DNA from: Amphiscolops sp. MND2022
Taxonomy: Eukaryota
Length of the DNA: 64,000 bases
Assembly: GCA_964187785.1 (NCBI GenBank)
Contig: OZ076415.1
Coordinates: forward strand, 1,860,001-1,924,000
Direction of reading: 5' to 3'
In this document: positions 10,696 to 23,787 of the stretch, one piece after another
How the letters are laid out: each line of letters starts with the position of its first letter
Numbering within the stretch: position 1 is the first letter of the stretch
Program-made: the position numbers and the translations under genes
Notes under the pieces: generated by a model
Seen by the model: the letters and a program-made list of their open reading frames with translations, nothing else
The model's database searches: none
What the model was told of the DNA's origin: nothing

Positions 10696-12479
10696 ATTGG
10701 TATGCCTTCAAACTTGTCTGCGTCTTACTGACGACACATATACATGTATTCTTATTTCTTTTGCCGCTTTGTTTACTTAGCGCAGTATTGACGTCCTAAA
10801 CCACTTTAATTTCTGTTCAAAGAGTAATTAAGCTGCCTTTCTAAGAAAAAGGCTTAATCCAGTCGGTGTGCCATCTCAGTGTATTTTCTATTTTAGATCT
10901 GATTAATGTTCTTTTGGGAGATGATTTTGACTACGTTTTCATTTAGATTAGACCATGCTTTCTTTGTTTTAGAATGTAATTCAATTTAGTTTCCAGGTGG
11001 CGAATGTTGCTATTTTGACGTGACAAACACGTCTTACCGGAAATGCGTGAAATCATTTTGGTTCATTTTGTTCTCTGTTTTCATTTCCTGTTGAAGTTTG
11101 CGCGGTTAGATGTATTTTCACGTTTCTAGTCACAGTTTATTTCAAAGATAAAGTTTTAGAGTTACCAGTTAAAATAAGATTTGGGGAATCTCAGATTGCC
11201 TCCGTGTCCTCTCCCGATCTTCAGTCGTCTGCAACCACAAGCCAGACCGGGAGCGGGCTGTGACACAACTTTGACCGCTTTATCCACAGTTTTTGCAAGT
11301 TTTATGCTCAATTAATTCCCGCAAATCTATTGAATTCATGGATGTGTTTCGAATTCAGAAAAGATTAACCGTTTCCGGAATATCATGCTCAAAAAGTAAA
11401 ACGTTCTTTCTCAATTCAGTTTGCGTGAACACTTCAACGTGAAAGTTTGTTGTCGTTATTTCAACGAAAATCTGTCACCTTCAAACTCGGATACAGAACA
11501 TGTTTAGTTTAACTTTGTTACTTCACTCACTACAAATCAATTTGACATCAGTTTCACACTTCAGTCGAATCTCAGCGCCCTTTCTCAGCAATCGTCACAA
11601 ATTCAAAGATATTTTCAATCTCCATTCTGTCTAAAAGCCAATTGAAAATGATTCAAATCGAACTCTCGTCTCGTGTAAACTTATTATGAAACAGCCGATT
11701 GCATTAACATTCTTATCTTTCACGAAGTTTTCAGAGCAAACTGAAGTTTCTTTGGAGATTCTACTGCGAATCGTTGATCGGTTTGATTGAAGCTACAAAC
11801 TCAATGAGATATGATTTATAACCTTTCACTTGTGAAATGGTTCAACATTAAAATGCTAGATGATGGTAAATAACTGATGTATCATGCTTGAAATATATGT
11901 TCTAATTGTATAGAACCCCCCCATCTAAACTTTAGGATATCCATTCGAACATGGGAAAGACCCCTTTAGTAATTCTCATGAACTTTTGCGCACTAGAATG
12001 TATCATTTTTCCTGTAGGTCAGCTACGAATGTTTCCATCATTCTCAAAAGTTTCCCATATTTTCCAAGACATGTCAAAATCAAAAATGTCAGCTCAGTAT
12101 ATAAATCTGTCATCTGAAAGTAATTTACGCGGTTTTTTTGCGTCATCTCTCAAAATTTAGATGACATATTTTTCATGTATGACAGTAGAAAGTTTGGAAC
12201 GTTAAGAAACCGACGTTCAGTTAAACTTTCAATTTCCATCGCTCTGACGTTTCAAATGTGACGTTTTGTTTTACAAAAGTGATTTTTTCTTTCATAAATC
12301 TTGAGAGTTTGTATGTCAGTGGGATTGAAAAATTGACCCATGGACTAACCATAAATTCAATGAAAGTTACGTAATGAAATTAGTACCCCTTAGTCATACA
12401 TTTTCTTCAGAAAGTGTTGTTTCAAACCTTGTTTCCCTACTTACATGTATTGTACCAAGTTAATTTTTCATGATTTTAT

Positions 12480-13200
12480 TAGCCGCAAAGTTTTGCTGGT
12501 TTCATTATGAAGCCGTTCTACATTAAGAGCAGCTGAGACCTCATCAATTTTACTGCGACTTCAATGGAAATAATCTTCAGTCACATTATATGTTTCAAAG
12601 GTGCGTCATATTCCGCTTATTGAATAACGGTGATTACATAAGTTACTTCCTTGGGAAATTTAAGCGTGAAAACAAAGTGATCGTGGCGGTGAAGAAGTGG
12701 AAATGTTTCCAGTTTCCATTGAAATAGTGGAAGTTGTATGGTAATCCTACAAAATGTTTCCAAGTCTGATCCCTGAATTTTCCATGTTTTGTAAAAAATA
12801 GCCTGTATGTTTACATTCAACTGTTAAAAGTTCAAGCAATCTCGACAAACAAATTGTCCTCAATGTGGAAAAACGCATTTTTTGAACTTTAAAAAATGCT
12901 CTTTTTTTAGAAAAACACCCAAAGTGATAGAAAAGCAGCATTTCAAATTGTCAACTTCTATCCGATTTTCAATTCAGTTTTGTATGTGGATGTTTTTTTT
13001 AAATCATTTGACTTCGACTTGTGTCTAACTTTTGGATCGTTATCAATTGAGGAAAATTGAATGTCCGTTTCCTGTTAAAAGACATATAACGATCAAAAAG
13101 CTTTTCTTCGGATTTATTAACGTAACTCGTTTCAAAAATACAACGGGAACAAAAGCTCGAGAAATTTTGTCGTTTTCTATTATCACTTACAGCAAACTTA
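12480..13200 (+). repeat. Unclassified dispersed repeat; inverted homolog at ~19445-19870
   Basis: Blocks such as CTTCAGTCACATTATATGTTTCAAAG, GTGAAAACAAAGTGATCG and AAAAGCTCGAGAAATTTTGTCGTTTTCT recur reverse-complemented, roughly 80% identical by eye. Confidence 0.7.
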
Positions 13201-13842
13201 TTGAATTTTTTTAGTTAACTCCAAAGAAGTAGTTTTTCAAACAAGTGAGGTTTTGAAGTGTTCCCCCTAGTTGAGACTGCTTGAGCTTTTTACATGCTGC
13301 TTGCCTGCATGCAGGGTAACTTTTTATAAAACCTAGAAAATTCAGTAAGCATCCTGCGGTAAATCTTGTAGAATTACACTGCATTCTCTACTACTGCAAT
13401 TAAAATTGAAAAAAGTTCCCTTTCTTTAGTATTCACAAATTAATTTCTCAGCTACTCATCTAAGTTGATCTCCGCTTCTCAAATAGGACGCTGAAGATGA
13501 CGCTAGTTTGTTGTTTACATTGTGAACAAAGTTAATTTGCATTAAAATGGAGGAAAAAGTTTTGACGTTCCAGATGCTTTGATGATTATTTAAAGCAGCT
13601 TGATAAAAGTCGATGAGAACAGGGAAAAATTAACGCATTAAAGTTTCCGCAAGAGATTAAGAAAATCATTGAAAAAGTTGCTGGCATATAAAACGTTCAA
13701 GCAAGTTCAACAAAACAAAGTAAAGTTTATTTCAAAAGGTAGTAAGTCCAAATATCTTTTCACAATGAATTGTTTGAAGCAAGTTTTGTCTGTATTCTAA
13801 TTTTAGAAGTCTAATTTTAGAAAAGTTAGTCTACTGAATTTT

Positions 13843-14198
13843 TAGTCGGCGCTTTTTTCAAGAAAAGAGTCGACTATAGTCATGGCTTTTCGTCAGTGCT
13901 TTTTTTCCGATACACCCGAAGCGACCAAAATAGTTGTACAGAAGATTCTACAAAAATTTAAGAAGACCCCAAATTGTACCTGTTGGCCAAAGGAACTGAA
14001 CCAAAAGTTTTCTCGCGTAACATACAATCATGTCGGAAGAGACCAAAGGATCCGCCCTTTCAGTTTTTTCGGAATTGTGAGACTTTTCTGAAAATGTTTT
14101 TTTCGGGTGCTGTAGAAGAGAATACTTTGACTCTTTGAAATCTTTTTTCTATTTTTTAGCCTTAGTTATGGCGCCGACTTGGGCCGATCCCGGCTTGT
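13843..14198 (+). mobile_element. Non-autonomous Helentron/HINE-like element, copy A
   Basis: 5' ttttAGTCGGCGC; 3' subterminal inverted GCGCCGACT followed by hairpin GCCG-atcc-CGGC and CTTGTT; T-rich flanks. Confidence 0.65.
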
Positions 14199-14400
14199 TT
14201 TAAGACGATTTGAGTTGCAAACATGAGAATGAACGACTAAAAACATTGCCATTGAAGTGATGTTAGTCAAAATAGCTTCAACCAAGAAAAACTTTTCGCC
14301 CTTACTGAATTTCTAACTAGTCAATATATTCAATTATAGCTGAATTCCCGGGTGCAATAATGGTATGAAACTATTATTTCATTAATTAATCCATTGATTT

Positions 14401-14470
14401 TTGACCTAAAGTGGAGAGGTTTTTTCGGAAGGATTCAAACGCCAACGTTAGAGGTTCGATTCCCGGGGAC
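14401..14470 (+). repeat. Degenerate tRNA-related (SINE head-like) sequence
   Basis: B-box GGTTCGATTCC at ~14454-14464; weak A-box; no cloverleaf. Confidence 0.3.
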
Positions 14471-16737
14471 ATCCTGTTTTTTTTTCATTGTCAATAGTTT
14501 CATTATGGTAAAAACGGATGCTGATTTATTCCTGACTTTTAATGTGTCAAGAAACAACTTTAGGACGGAGAATTTCATTCCACGGTCCCCTGAACTAATT
14601 GCAGGAAAAACAGCAAAAAAGAATAAATTTTTAATAAGAATTCAAAGACAAACTATATTCCAGCCTCGTTGTTATTAACATTGAAAGTTGATCCCGGATT
14701 AAGCCGCGTTTTTTCTGCAAGGGATTTCTTGAGACGACTATTTTGCAGAAATAAAACGAATTTGAAATGACTATTTTTCAATTATTTTGCACGTAGTATA
14801 TCGTTAGACATATATTTGGTTACTTATAATCTGCTCAGTTGAAGATAATTAGCTAACTTCTGATCGATTTTCGCTTTTCGTCTCAGGGAGAGATCCTCCG
14901 CACAGTTTCTCCTTGAATTGCGAATTCCCAATAATTTGATAACTTGCAAAAAATTCCCAATAACTTCAAATAACTTGCAAAAAAAGACATTGAAATTTCT
15001 CTGTTGTTTTATCTTGCCTCCTCAAAAAAAATTGCTCCTTTCAACGATGAATTTTTTATCACGATCAATGAGAAATTACTAATGTCACAGAAGTAAAAAG
15101 CTCATTATGGCCTGTTAGTAGAAAATGTTAGAGAAAAATTCATCTGCTCAATTTTTTGATTTTCTTTGACTTTTACATAATTTTGAAACAACCCGGTTTT
15201 TGCCATTGTAAAAGAAACTTACGTGTCTTTCCCGCTTCTTTTGTAATTGAAAGTCAAGATATTACAAACCCCCCTAACCTCCAAAAAAGAATTTAAAAAC
15301 TGTTTTAGCTATAAATTGTTTGAAACTTTCAAGAAGTTTTTCATTCCATTTTGATATTTTTCGGTGAGCTACCGCCAAAACCATCGAATTTCACAAGAAA
15401 GGTGAAAAAACTATAGATTTTTTTTGAAATTCAACTGATGGAGTTTCTCCATTAATAGAAAAACGTCAAATATAGACGACTCAAAAAGTGGCCTCTTGTT
15501 GAAATCGGCGCTCCGAGTATTCTTAGAAAACGCTGGAAATGCTTTTTCTAATTTCAAGGCTTTTTCTTAACTTTTGGGGTTTTCAAATTCATGAAGGAAA
15601 CAAACGAAAGCTTCAGAGAAAAAAGTTTTTTTTCTGAAACTAAGCTTCACAAAATCACATTTATAAAAAAGCATTCCGGCATTAACTGTGAGAGCGGTGA
15701 TATTCCAAGGAGAACGTTTGACGGGAAAAAGTCTCCGAATGAGTTTCACACAATTTTCACGCAGTTGAACTCAACATTCATCTTAGTTCACGTTGCTTTT
15801 TGACAGATAAATCTTCACGCTTCATTTGGAACATTCGCAGTTTGTTGAAGCATGACGTAATTTGCATGTAAAATGATGTTTGTCACTTAGCTGGTACCAA
15901 GAAGTCTCGACAATTGGCAGGAAAGCGTCAAATGTATTCAGCAGTTCAGAAAGGCGTGAAAATTATGTCTCAAATAGAGCAGAAACATCGAACTTGGCAT
16001 ACAAACTTGTATATATTCCAATGAAGGGTGGGTGATATTAGGCCAGAAAGTTTTTCCACAACTCTCATCGAATAGTCATTGTCCGTCTTCTTAAAATGAG
16101 TCTGCGAACCATGTGTATTATCCCCCCAACTGTGAATAGAACTTGGTGATTTCAGTAATCAAAACGTTTTTGATGTTAATTGCAGTGCGAACATACACGA
16201 TGAACTAGAAGCTTACTGGAAGCATGTAAAAAGTTTAAAAAGTTCTGTTTTATTCCTGATATGCATTTTTCCAGTTTTTTTTTGCTTGTTACCTTTCTTC
16301 TCAGTATTGTCGTTTCGTCGATAAAAATTTAAATTTTTTATGGCTGTATTTTGCGTGACACAAATATGGAAAATGAACATTTATCACAACATTAAGTGCG
16401 TGTCTTCATTGCTGAAGATCGATATTTGATAAGGGTTTTCATTATCCTGTCTCATGGGATCTGAGACTTTCCCAATGGGAATAGTTCAATCCTGAAAATT
16501 TTTTGCTCTATTGAAGTGCTGGCTGCATCATTGTTGCATGCTATATCTTCATACAAAAATGAAAGCACGAAATAAAACTAAACTGTAGCGTATCGAATTT
16601 TTGAATCAAAGCTTATACTTCTTCTGCTGTAAGTTGACAGGTACAATGATGAGAACAAAGTAGACTAATTAATTAGGACAGTCTTCTAAGTTTATAGTTC
16701 GTGAGCTGTCGCGCTCTGCTTCAGTCATGTTGGTTTT

Positions 16738-17241
16738 TAGTCGGCGCTTTTCTAGGGAAAAGTGCCCGACTCTTACAGTGGCTAGTTTTTTTTCTTTTTT
16801 TTTCGTCAGACTACAATCTCACTCTGATTGGGCCACTTTTCTTACAATCGAAACTACTAAAACTACTACCATAAGGCCAAGTCCGGTCAGCGGAAATTAG
16901 TGCAAAAGGGTCCCCCTTTCATTTTTTTTACTATTTTAACGTAACCTACAAAACCGGACGAGACTAAAGGGTCCCCCTTTTCGATTTTGTTTTTGACATT
17001 CTGCGATTTTTTTCGAAAATTTTTTATTGTCTGAAAAGAGTCCCCCTTTCGAGTTTTTTTGATATTTTGCAACAGAATATATGTTAATAAAGCCCAAAGG
17101 GTCCCACTTTTACAGTTTTCGGCACTATGCGACATTTTCTGAAAGAAAAAAAAATAAAAATTTCAAGTTTCTTTCAAAAAAAGTCTTTTGCGCTTTTTGA
17201 GCCTTAGATATAGCGCCGACTTTAGACGTTCCCGTCTTGTT
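16738..17241 (+). mobile_element. Helentron/HINE-like element, copy B
   Basis: AGTCGGCGC ... GCGCCGACT; 3' hairpin AGACG-ttcc-CGTCT; internal AAAGGGTCCCC repeats. Confidence 0.65.
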
Positions 17242-17665
17242 GATGGTAGCTTGGTTTGGTGGTAAAGTGAAAAAAAAACAAAAAACACTGAATTCCTCAA
17301 TTAAAAGATACATCAATTTGTTTCTTTAAAAAAGGCCATGTAATTAATAATAAAGAAGCTTCATGCATCAATTACAAAATTAATAAAAAATAATCAAAAC
17401 AGTAATCCCTCCAGCTTTTTTTCCTATGTTCCGGTTTGTTCCATTTTGAGTTATCTTTTTTTTGGAGAGTAGGCAACCCAAATAGTTCATTATCTAGGTA
17501 ATGACCTCCGCATGTAACAGTACCACAAATAAAATTCAATTGCAGCGGAAATATTTTTTGGACAAAACAAAAAAATAATAACACAGAGAACTGTTTTATC
17601 GAACTAGAATATTCTAGAACTATAAAATACCTACTTTACAATGCTAAAAATATCTTTAAAAAACT

Positions 17666-17880
17666 NNNNNNNNNNNNNNNNNNNNNNNNNNNNNNNNNNN
17701 NNNNNNNNNNNNNNNNNNNNNNNNNNNNNNNNNNNNNNNNNNNNNNNNNNNNNNNNNNNNNNNNNNNNNNNNNNNNNNNNNNNNNNNNNNNNNNNNNNNN
17801 NNNNNNNNNNNNNNNNNNNNNNNNNNNNNNNNNNNNNNNNNNNNNNNNNNNNNNNNNNNNNNNNNNNNNNNNNNNNNNNN
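17666..17880. other. Assembly gap (215 N)
   Basis: Run of N. Confidence 1.
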
Positions 17881-18748
17881 TTGGTTGAATTAAATTAGAA
17901 ACTTTTACTAATTATTTTCTAAGCTCTTACTAAGAATTAAAAAAACGAGGTTTTAGTACGACCGACAGCGATTCTGAATTGAGAGCTCCAGAGCAAGTTT
18001 AGAAAAAAATCAAATTAAGAATATTAATAATTAATAATTAAAACCTTGGGATTGTAGTTCTATTGTAAACTCATAATCTCTCAGTCGCACTGGCCACGGT
18101 CCAATAGTTCGATTAGGATTCAGTTCAACCTCGAATTTGTTAATTTCCAGCCATAAACTTCATTCAAATTGAATTCAGATTTGAATGACAGGTTTAAATT
18201 AAGCTTCTGAAAAAGTGAAATCTTCCGGAACAAATACTCACAGATATAGTAACTGCAGTCAGCAATTAGAGTTAACAGTTGGTGCTGACGAAAAATTTGA
18301 GAAAAAAACGCATTCGATCAACTTGGAAGAAAAAATTTTCTGTATAAATGTCGATGATATTATCTCGCTGGAAATTTGTGTTTCCCTAATAACTTTTTGT
18401 TGGCAGCAGTTGTAATTTTTGAGTACTTTTTGCGATTCGAAAACAGCCAGAAATTGAAGTGGGCTGTGGGCCAGTTGTTGAAATGAAAAAAAATCGGTAA
18501 AAAGTCGCCAAGCTCCGAATAAAGCTACAAAAAAGGAGAACCATAGGAGTCGTTTAGGTTTGCAAACGGTGTAAATGCAAAAGCGAATATGAGAAAAATA
18601 AACAAAAATCAACAGATTTTAGTCGTAGGCTGCGAAAAATCAAACAAGAGTCCCAGTGTCATTGCGTTAGTTTCTCGTATGTTCTGCTTATACGCATCTG
18701 GAACACTTTAAAACCTCAATTGTTTGAAACTTCTTTTAACTAAAGTAC

Positions 18749-19432
18749 AACAAGCCGGGACCGGCCCAAGTCGGCGCCATATCCAAGGCTCAAAAATAGC
18801 AAAAAGACTTCCAAGTGTCAAGTATTCGTTTACAGTAGTCGAAACTCGAAAATTTTTCGAAAATTTTTTTTTTGAAAAAATTACATACTAAAAAAATGGA
18901 CCGAGTGGCGCGCCGGGGCTCGCTACCGCGAGCCCCTGGCGCGCTAACGTCTCACAATGCCGAAAAACTGAAAAGGGGGACCCTTTGAGGTTTTTCAACA
19001 TCCATTCTGTCGCAAAACATGAAAAAATTGAAGAAAAAAATTTTTTTATTTTCGGGAGAAAATCTCACAATGCCGAAAAAAACTGAAAGGAGGAACCCTT
19101 TGGGATTTTCCAACATCCATTCTGTCGCAAAACATCAAAAAAAATGCAGGGGGGACCCTTTGCGGAAAAAAAATTTCGAAAAAAAAATCCGAAAAAAATG
19201 TCTCGCAGTGCCGAAAAAAATGAAAGGGGGGACTCTTTGGTCTCGCCCGGTATGATATGTTACGCGGAAAAACAGGTAAATTCATTTTGGTCCAGTTCGC
19301 TAGGCCAAATGGTGCTATTTGACACCATAATATTTTGTAGAACTTTTAAGAACTATTTTGGTCAGTTCGTGTGGATTGAAAAAAAAAAGAGTCACTATAA
19401 TAGTCGCGTTTCACTTCATGAAGCGCCGACTA
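18749..19432 (-). mobile_element. Helentron/HINE-like element, copy C, with internal tandem repeats and a GC hairpin
   Basis: AACAAGCCGGGACCGGCCCAAGTCGGCGCC ... GCGCCGACTAAAA; internal TCTCACAATGCCGAAAAA..GGACCCTTT units; 16-bp stem at 18908-18944. Confidence 0.65.
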
Positions 19433-19444
19433 AAAAGGAGATAA

Positions 19445-19870
19445 GTTTGCTGTAGGTACAATTAGAAAACGACAAAATTTCTCGAGCTTTTGTTACCGCT
19501 GAATTTTTTAAAAGTTATGTTAATAAATCCGAAGTAAAGCAGGCTAATTTTTACAAAACATGTTAAATTCAGGGAGCATACATGGAAACATTTCGTAGGA
19601 TTACAATGCAGCCTCCACTAGTTGAATTGAAACTGAAAACATTTTCACTTCTTCACCGTCGCGATCACTTTGTTTTCACGCGGAAGTTTCTCAAGTAAGT
19701 ACTTTATGTAATCACCGTTAGACAAATAGCACGCTGCATATGACGATACTTTGAAACATATAATGTGACTGAAGTTTGTTTGCATTGAAATTGCGGTAAA
19801 ATTGGTGAAGGTCCCAGCTGTTTTCAGAATTTGAACTGCGTCTTAATGAAACCTGCAAAAGTTGCGGCGC
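19445..19870 (-). repeat. Inverted homolog of the 12480-13200 repeat
   Basis: Reverse-complement matches to 12480-12830 and 13090-13200. Confidence 0.7.
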
Positions 19871-21133
19871 AGAATCTCATACTGCAAAACTTTCCGCCAT
19901 CTTATAGGCAGCTTGATAAAATTGAATCAAATTAGTGAAAGTTTAATGCATAGACGTTTCCTTGAGATTTTTTTTAAAATCATGGAAAATTTGCTTGGTA
20001 ACCTAAAAAAAACTTGTAAAAAGTTCAAGCAGTTCCAAGCAGGGTGAAAGCACGTTCGGAACAAATCGCACAGTTCCGCAAAAACCCAGAGGACCCTCTT
20101 TGGCCTAATTCAGTTCGTAAAAATCAGGAAATAAAAATTAGATCCTAAAAAATCGTTGGCACCCCTGATTATACTCTAGACCTTGAGCTTACTCAAACTG
20201 GGATCATTTGAATTATATTTTTCCAGAAAAAGCGCAACGTTCTACAATACTCCGCGAATGGGCATCCTTTGGTCTACGTTTCACCTCTCCAAACTAAAAG
20301 AAGTTTTTGACATTGCGAAGGAGTCGATTTACTTTCCCAGCGCCCATCACCAAACCCGGAAAAACGTGCTAGGCCAAATAGAAAAAAACTCTTCGCTTTT
20401 CTGCACATAATTTATCTAGTTGTCCGGACATATTTGGTTTTTACGCTCAAAAGTTCTCTAAAACTGAAATTTGTGAGATAGAAAAACTTTTTGCTAATAG
20501 TTGATACTAGTAAAAAAAGTCAGAATTATGGAAAAAAAATCAAAACGCTTGCTTAAATATTTCAACAAAAGGTACCTCTAAGGGGTCAAATAGCTCAACA
20601 TATTGCAATGAGTTATTAGGGCCCTTAGGCATGCGCTATTTGACGCCAAGAAATTATTACTTTTTCTTGTTTTCGAGTTAATAAAAATAGTTAGAAGACA
20701 TATTCACTGATTTAGTATTGACGTTAAACAAAAAATTAATTTATCCCTCGGAGCTACAGAATTTGCCGAGTTTAGCAGGGAAGGTTATTCTTGAAATCCC
20801 AGCTCCAACTGACAATAACTTGGGAAATGATTATTTTGTGATTTCCCGCCGGCAAATTGCCTAATTATGGAAGTTAGCCCATTTTCCAAATTCTATGCAT
20901 TCATAATGATGCAGTAAATCTTAGTTAGTCCTAGTTACCAAGTCGTAAATATGGGTTTTCCTATCCTAGTTTTGTCTTTCCTGGAATTCGAAATTGAACG
21001 CAGAATTGACATCTTTAACAAGCTTCTTACCTAAGTACTCCGGCTGAGAAAGAAGTTTACACAAGGGTACCGCAAAGATAGAAAAGACACTTGATTTCAC
21101 AGAAAAAAAACTAAAATCGCAATCAAGTAACAC

Positions 21134-21327
21134 TGTTGTATCTCTGTTCTAACTCGTTAAAGAATGTAAGAGATCTAAGAATTAACTTGTTTTCACTGAT
21201 GTCTTTTCTATCACTGAGTATAGACATTCATCTGCGCTTAACTGGCAGGACTGGTATTTAATATAACTAAACAAGAAAGCAGACTAATTAGTTTCTAAAG
21301 TTTGTGAGAGTTCGTCTGTCCTTTACA
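21134..21327 (-). repeat. E5 3' LTR
   Basis: Direct repeat of 26881-27074; TG...CA ends; adjacent PPT. Confidence 0.95.
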
Positions 21328-22366
21328 TTCCCCCTTCTTCCACTATTGGCTGATATCTCTGCTAATGGAGATTCCTGCTTTCTGTTGTGGCGGTTGTTGT
21401 TCCTCCACTGGTCCAGTTTGTGGTGGACGGTTGACCGTTCCTGGCTGTTTTGTTTGTCACGGTTGTTGTTTGGCCGTAACGTCAAGATTTTGTTTTGTGA
21501 CCGGTTTACTGGTTGTTGCTCCCCTCCTTCGGTTTGGCTTTTTGTTGATCCGGTGTGGCTTCCGAATTCAGTCTGTTTACGGTGTTTCATGTAATCATGA
21601 CAAATTGGGTTATTATACCTAATAATAGGATTCGTTTTTGTCAGTCTTTTCGATCTGCGTACAGGTTCTTTTTCTTCGGTTCCAATTTCGGTGCTTGAGC
21701 TCAGATTCTTTGCTAGTTCTAACTCAGAGTTTTCCAGGTTCTTTGCTAACAATTTTGTGTTATTATCAGTAAGTACCTTACCGTTTTCGTCTCGGATAAA
21801 AATTTCTTGCTCTGCGCTATTAGCGTCTTCTATTGCACGGTCTATTTCCGTGTCCGTCATGTTTGACGTTGTGATGTCAACGGGCCTGTGTTGTTTCCCG
21901 GCGTAGGTGTGTTGGCTGTATTTGGGCTGGCACGATCTCGAATCAATTTTGGGCGTCCTCGGCCGAGTGTGCTCTTCTTGATGGTTGTGTCTATGGGGAG
22001 CTCTGGCGTCTTTGGGCTGTCTATGTCCATTGGTGGTGTTTCCGATTCGGTGTCCGAGTCGATTACCATTGCCCGCTGATGTTTGGATGGTGATTTGACA
22101 AATCGGCCGTGCGGTCCGCGTGGCCCAATTCCTCTGTTGGTGTTTTCCTGGTTAAAATCAATGACAGGTTTATTTATCATTTTTCGATGTATTACCCTTC
22201 CGTTTGGGGTGGTTACTGTATGATTTGTGTCCGATAAAGCTAGCTCTGGTTTATCGGAATATGCACTTTTTAGTTTATTTCGTTGGTGTTTTTTCTCTAG
22301 AAAAAAGAAAGGACAACTTACTTCTTTTGAGTTTTTCTTCGGCTTCATGGGTAGCTGGTCAGACAC
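21288..22366 (-). CDS. E5 integrase C-terminal tail / 3' ORFs (169 aa and 190 aa, probably frameshifted pol tail); runs through the PPT into the LTR
   Basis: ORFs 21857..22366 and 21288..21860 follow the IN core; low-complexity and basic; contain PVRRSKRL. Confidence 0.55.
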
Positions 22367-22487
22367 ACCGCCAGCTCCACTGAAAGAGTATACCTGTAAG
22401 GTATCTGGTTTAGCTGAAACGGAACGTTTTGTTAGCTTTTCGATTTCATCCAGGTTTAGTAAGTTACTTATTTCCGTGTTCGGTTTT

Positions 22488-23753
22488 CTACCGTAGTGTA
22501 GTTCGAAAGCGGATTTTTTTCAGTCGGGTGTGAGGCGTTTTTCTCATTACGTCTAGAGATATATCTAGGGCTTTTCCGAAACGTTCTCCGGCTTTAATGT
22601 TTGTTAGTAGGTTTTCTTTAAGGGTTCTTACTCCACGCTCTACCAGGCCGGTAGGTATGTGTATATACGGTGTCCCGTATATTAATTTTATGTAGTGTTT
22701 CTTGCAGAAGTCTCTGAAGAGTCGTCCCGTAAACGCAGTGGCCTTATCGGTTCTAATTATTTTCGGTATGCCGTTTAGCCGAATGTATTGGTCGAGAAAT
22801 TTTACTGCCGTTTCACCGTCCGTTGAAGTGCAAAAACTGGCCGCTGGCCATTTACTGTACCGATCCATGGACAATAAGATATAAAATCGACGGTTGTTTT
22901 CCGTCATTGGACCGATGAAATCCAGTTGAATTTCTTCGTTTGGATTATCCAATGGTGGAAGACTATTTATTTCCGTGCTAGGTATGTTAGGTTTTATGTT
23001 CTTGCCGGACATTTTGCAGGGTAGACATGTTTCACATTTCTTTTGAATTGCCTCGGTCATCCGTGGCCACCAGAAGTGTCGTGCTGCAAGGGACATTTTG
23101 TTGATGTCTGGGTGGCCTTTGTGCAGGAGGCTGATGATGGTCGCTCTAAGGTTTTTGGGGACAATGATTTTGTCTTCGATGAAGACCAGACCGAATCGGC
23201 TTGATAGCTTTCTTTTGTGCATTTGGTATTCTTCGGGAATCAACTCATGCTGCTGTCGTTCCAAGCTAACAAGTGTCTTCAGTAATGTTGGATCATTGGT
23301 GGTCTCGGTCAATAATAATTTTAAATATGTTGAAAAATTCTTTTCGGTCTCTCGCACGGCTTGTTCGAGGTCCCAGGTGTTTTCGTTCAGTGCAGCTACT
23401 TTGGGGGCGTGACCCATTTTCACGTATTGCACGCTTTTCACTCCCACATAGCGTGCCCAATTCCATGCTGGTACTTCTAAGATGGACGGGTCTTGGTCCG
23501 TCTCTGACTCAATTTCGCCTTCTTCCATGGGTATTTGGGCGAATTGGTGTTCCGTGTTTGCTATTGCCGATGATGGTCCGGGCTTGTCGTATTGGCTCTG
23601 GTCGTGTTGTTGTTGTTGGACCGGTGCTGGTCGGTCCATCTCCCAAAATGGATCTACTGTCCACTGTTCCGACCGTCTGGTTTGTGGCTGGAAGCCGCCA
23701 CTGTGTTGCCGGCCAATTCTTTGTCTCAGGTCTCCCTGTTGTTGTTCTTGCAT
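22488..23753 (-). CDS. pol: E5 integrase core
   Basis: LHKGH...HFWWP...CETCLPC; QLDFIG, RTDKATAF, GLVERG. Confidence 0.92.
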   Translation of the reverse strand: MQEQQQGDLRQRIGRQHSGGFQPQTRRSEQWTVDPFWEMDRPAPVQQQQHDQSQYDKPGPSSAIANTEHQFAQIPMEEGEIESETDQDPSILEVPAWNWARYVGVKSVQYVKMGHAPKVAALNENTWDLEQAVRETEKNFSTYLKLLLTETTNDPTLLKTLVSLERQQHELIPEEYQMHKRKLSSRFGLVFIEDKIIVPKNLRATIISLLHKGHPDINKMSLAARHFWWPRMTEAIQKKCETCLPCKMSGKNIKPNIPSTEINSLPPLDNPNEEIQLDFIGPMTENNRRFYILLSMDRYSKWPAASFCTSTDGETAVKFLDQYIRLNGIPKIIRTDKATAFTGRLFRDFCKKHYIKLIYGTPYIHIPTGLVERGVRTLKENLLTNIKAGERFGKALDISLDVMRKTPHTRLKKIRFRTTLR

Positions 23754-23787
23754 TATTTGTTGTAATCGCCCCTCGATTACTTTTCTC

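Noticed and set aside
17641-17898. 85-aa ORF in the track
   Set aside because: Artefact of the N gap.
11300-21100. Many 60-120-aa ORFs in AT-rich DNA, and a search for the GPCR TM1/TM2 exons
   Set aside because: The ORFs are low-complexity readings of repeats (poly-A/T, HINE units); no exon with GN or LAxxD-type motifs and proper splice sites was found.
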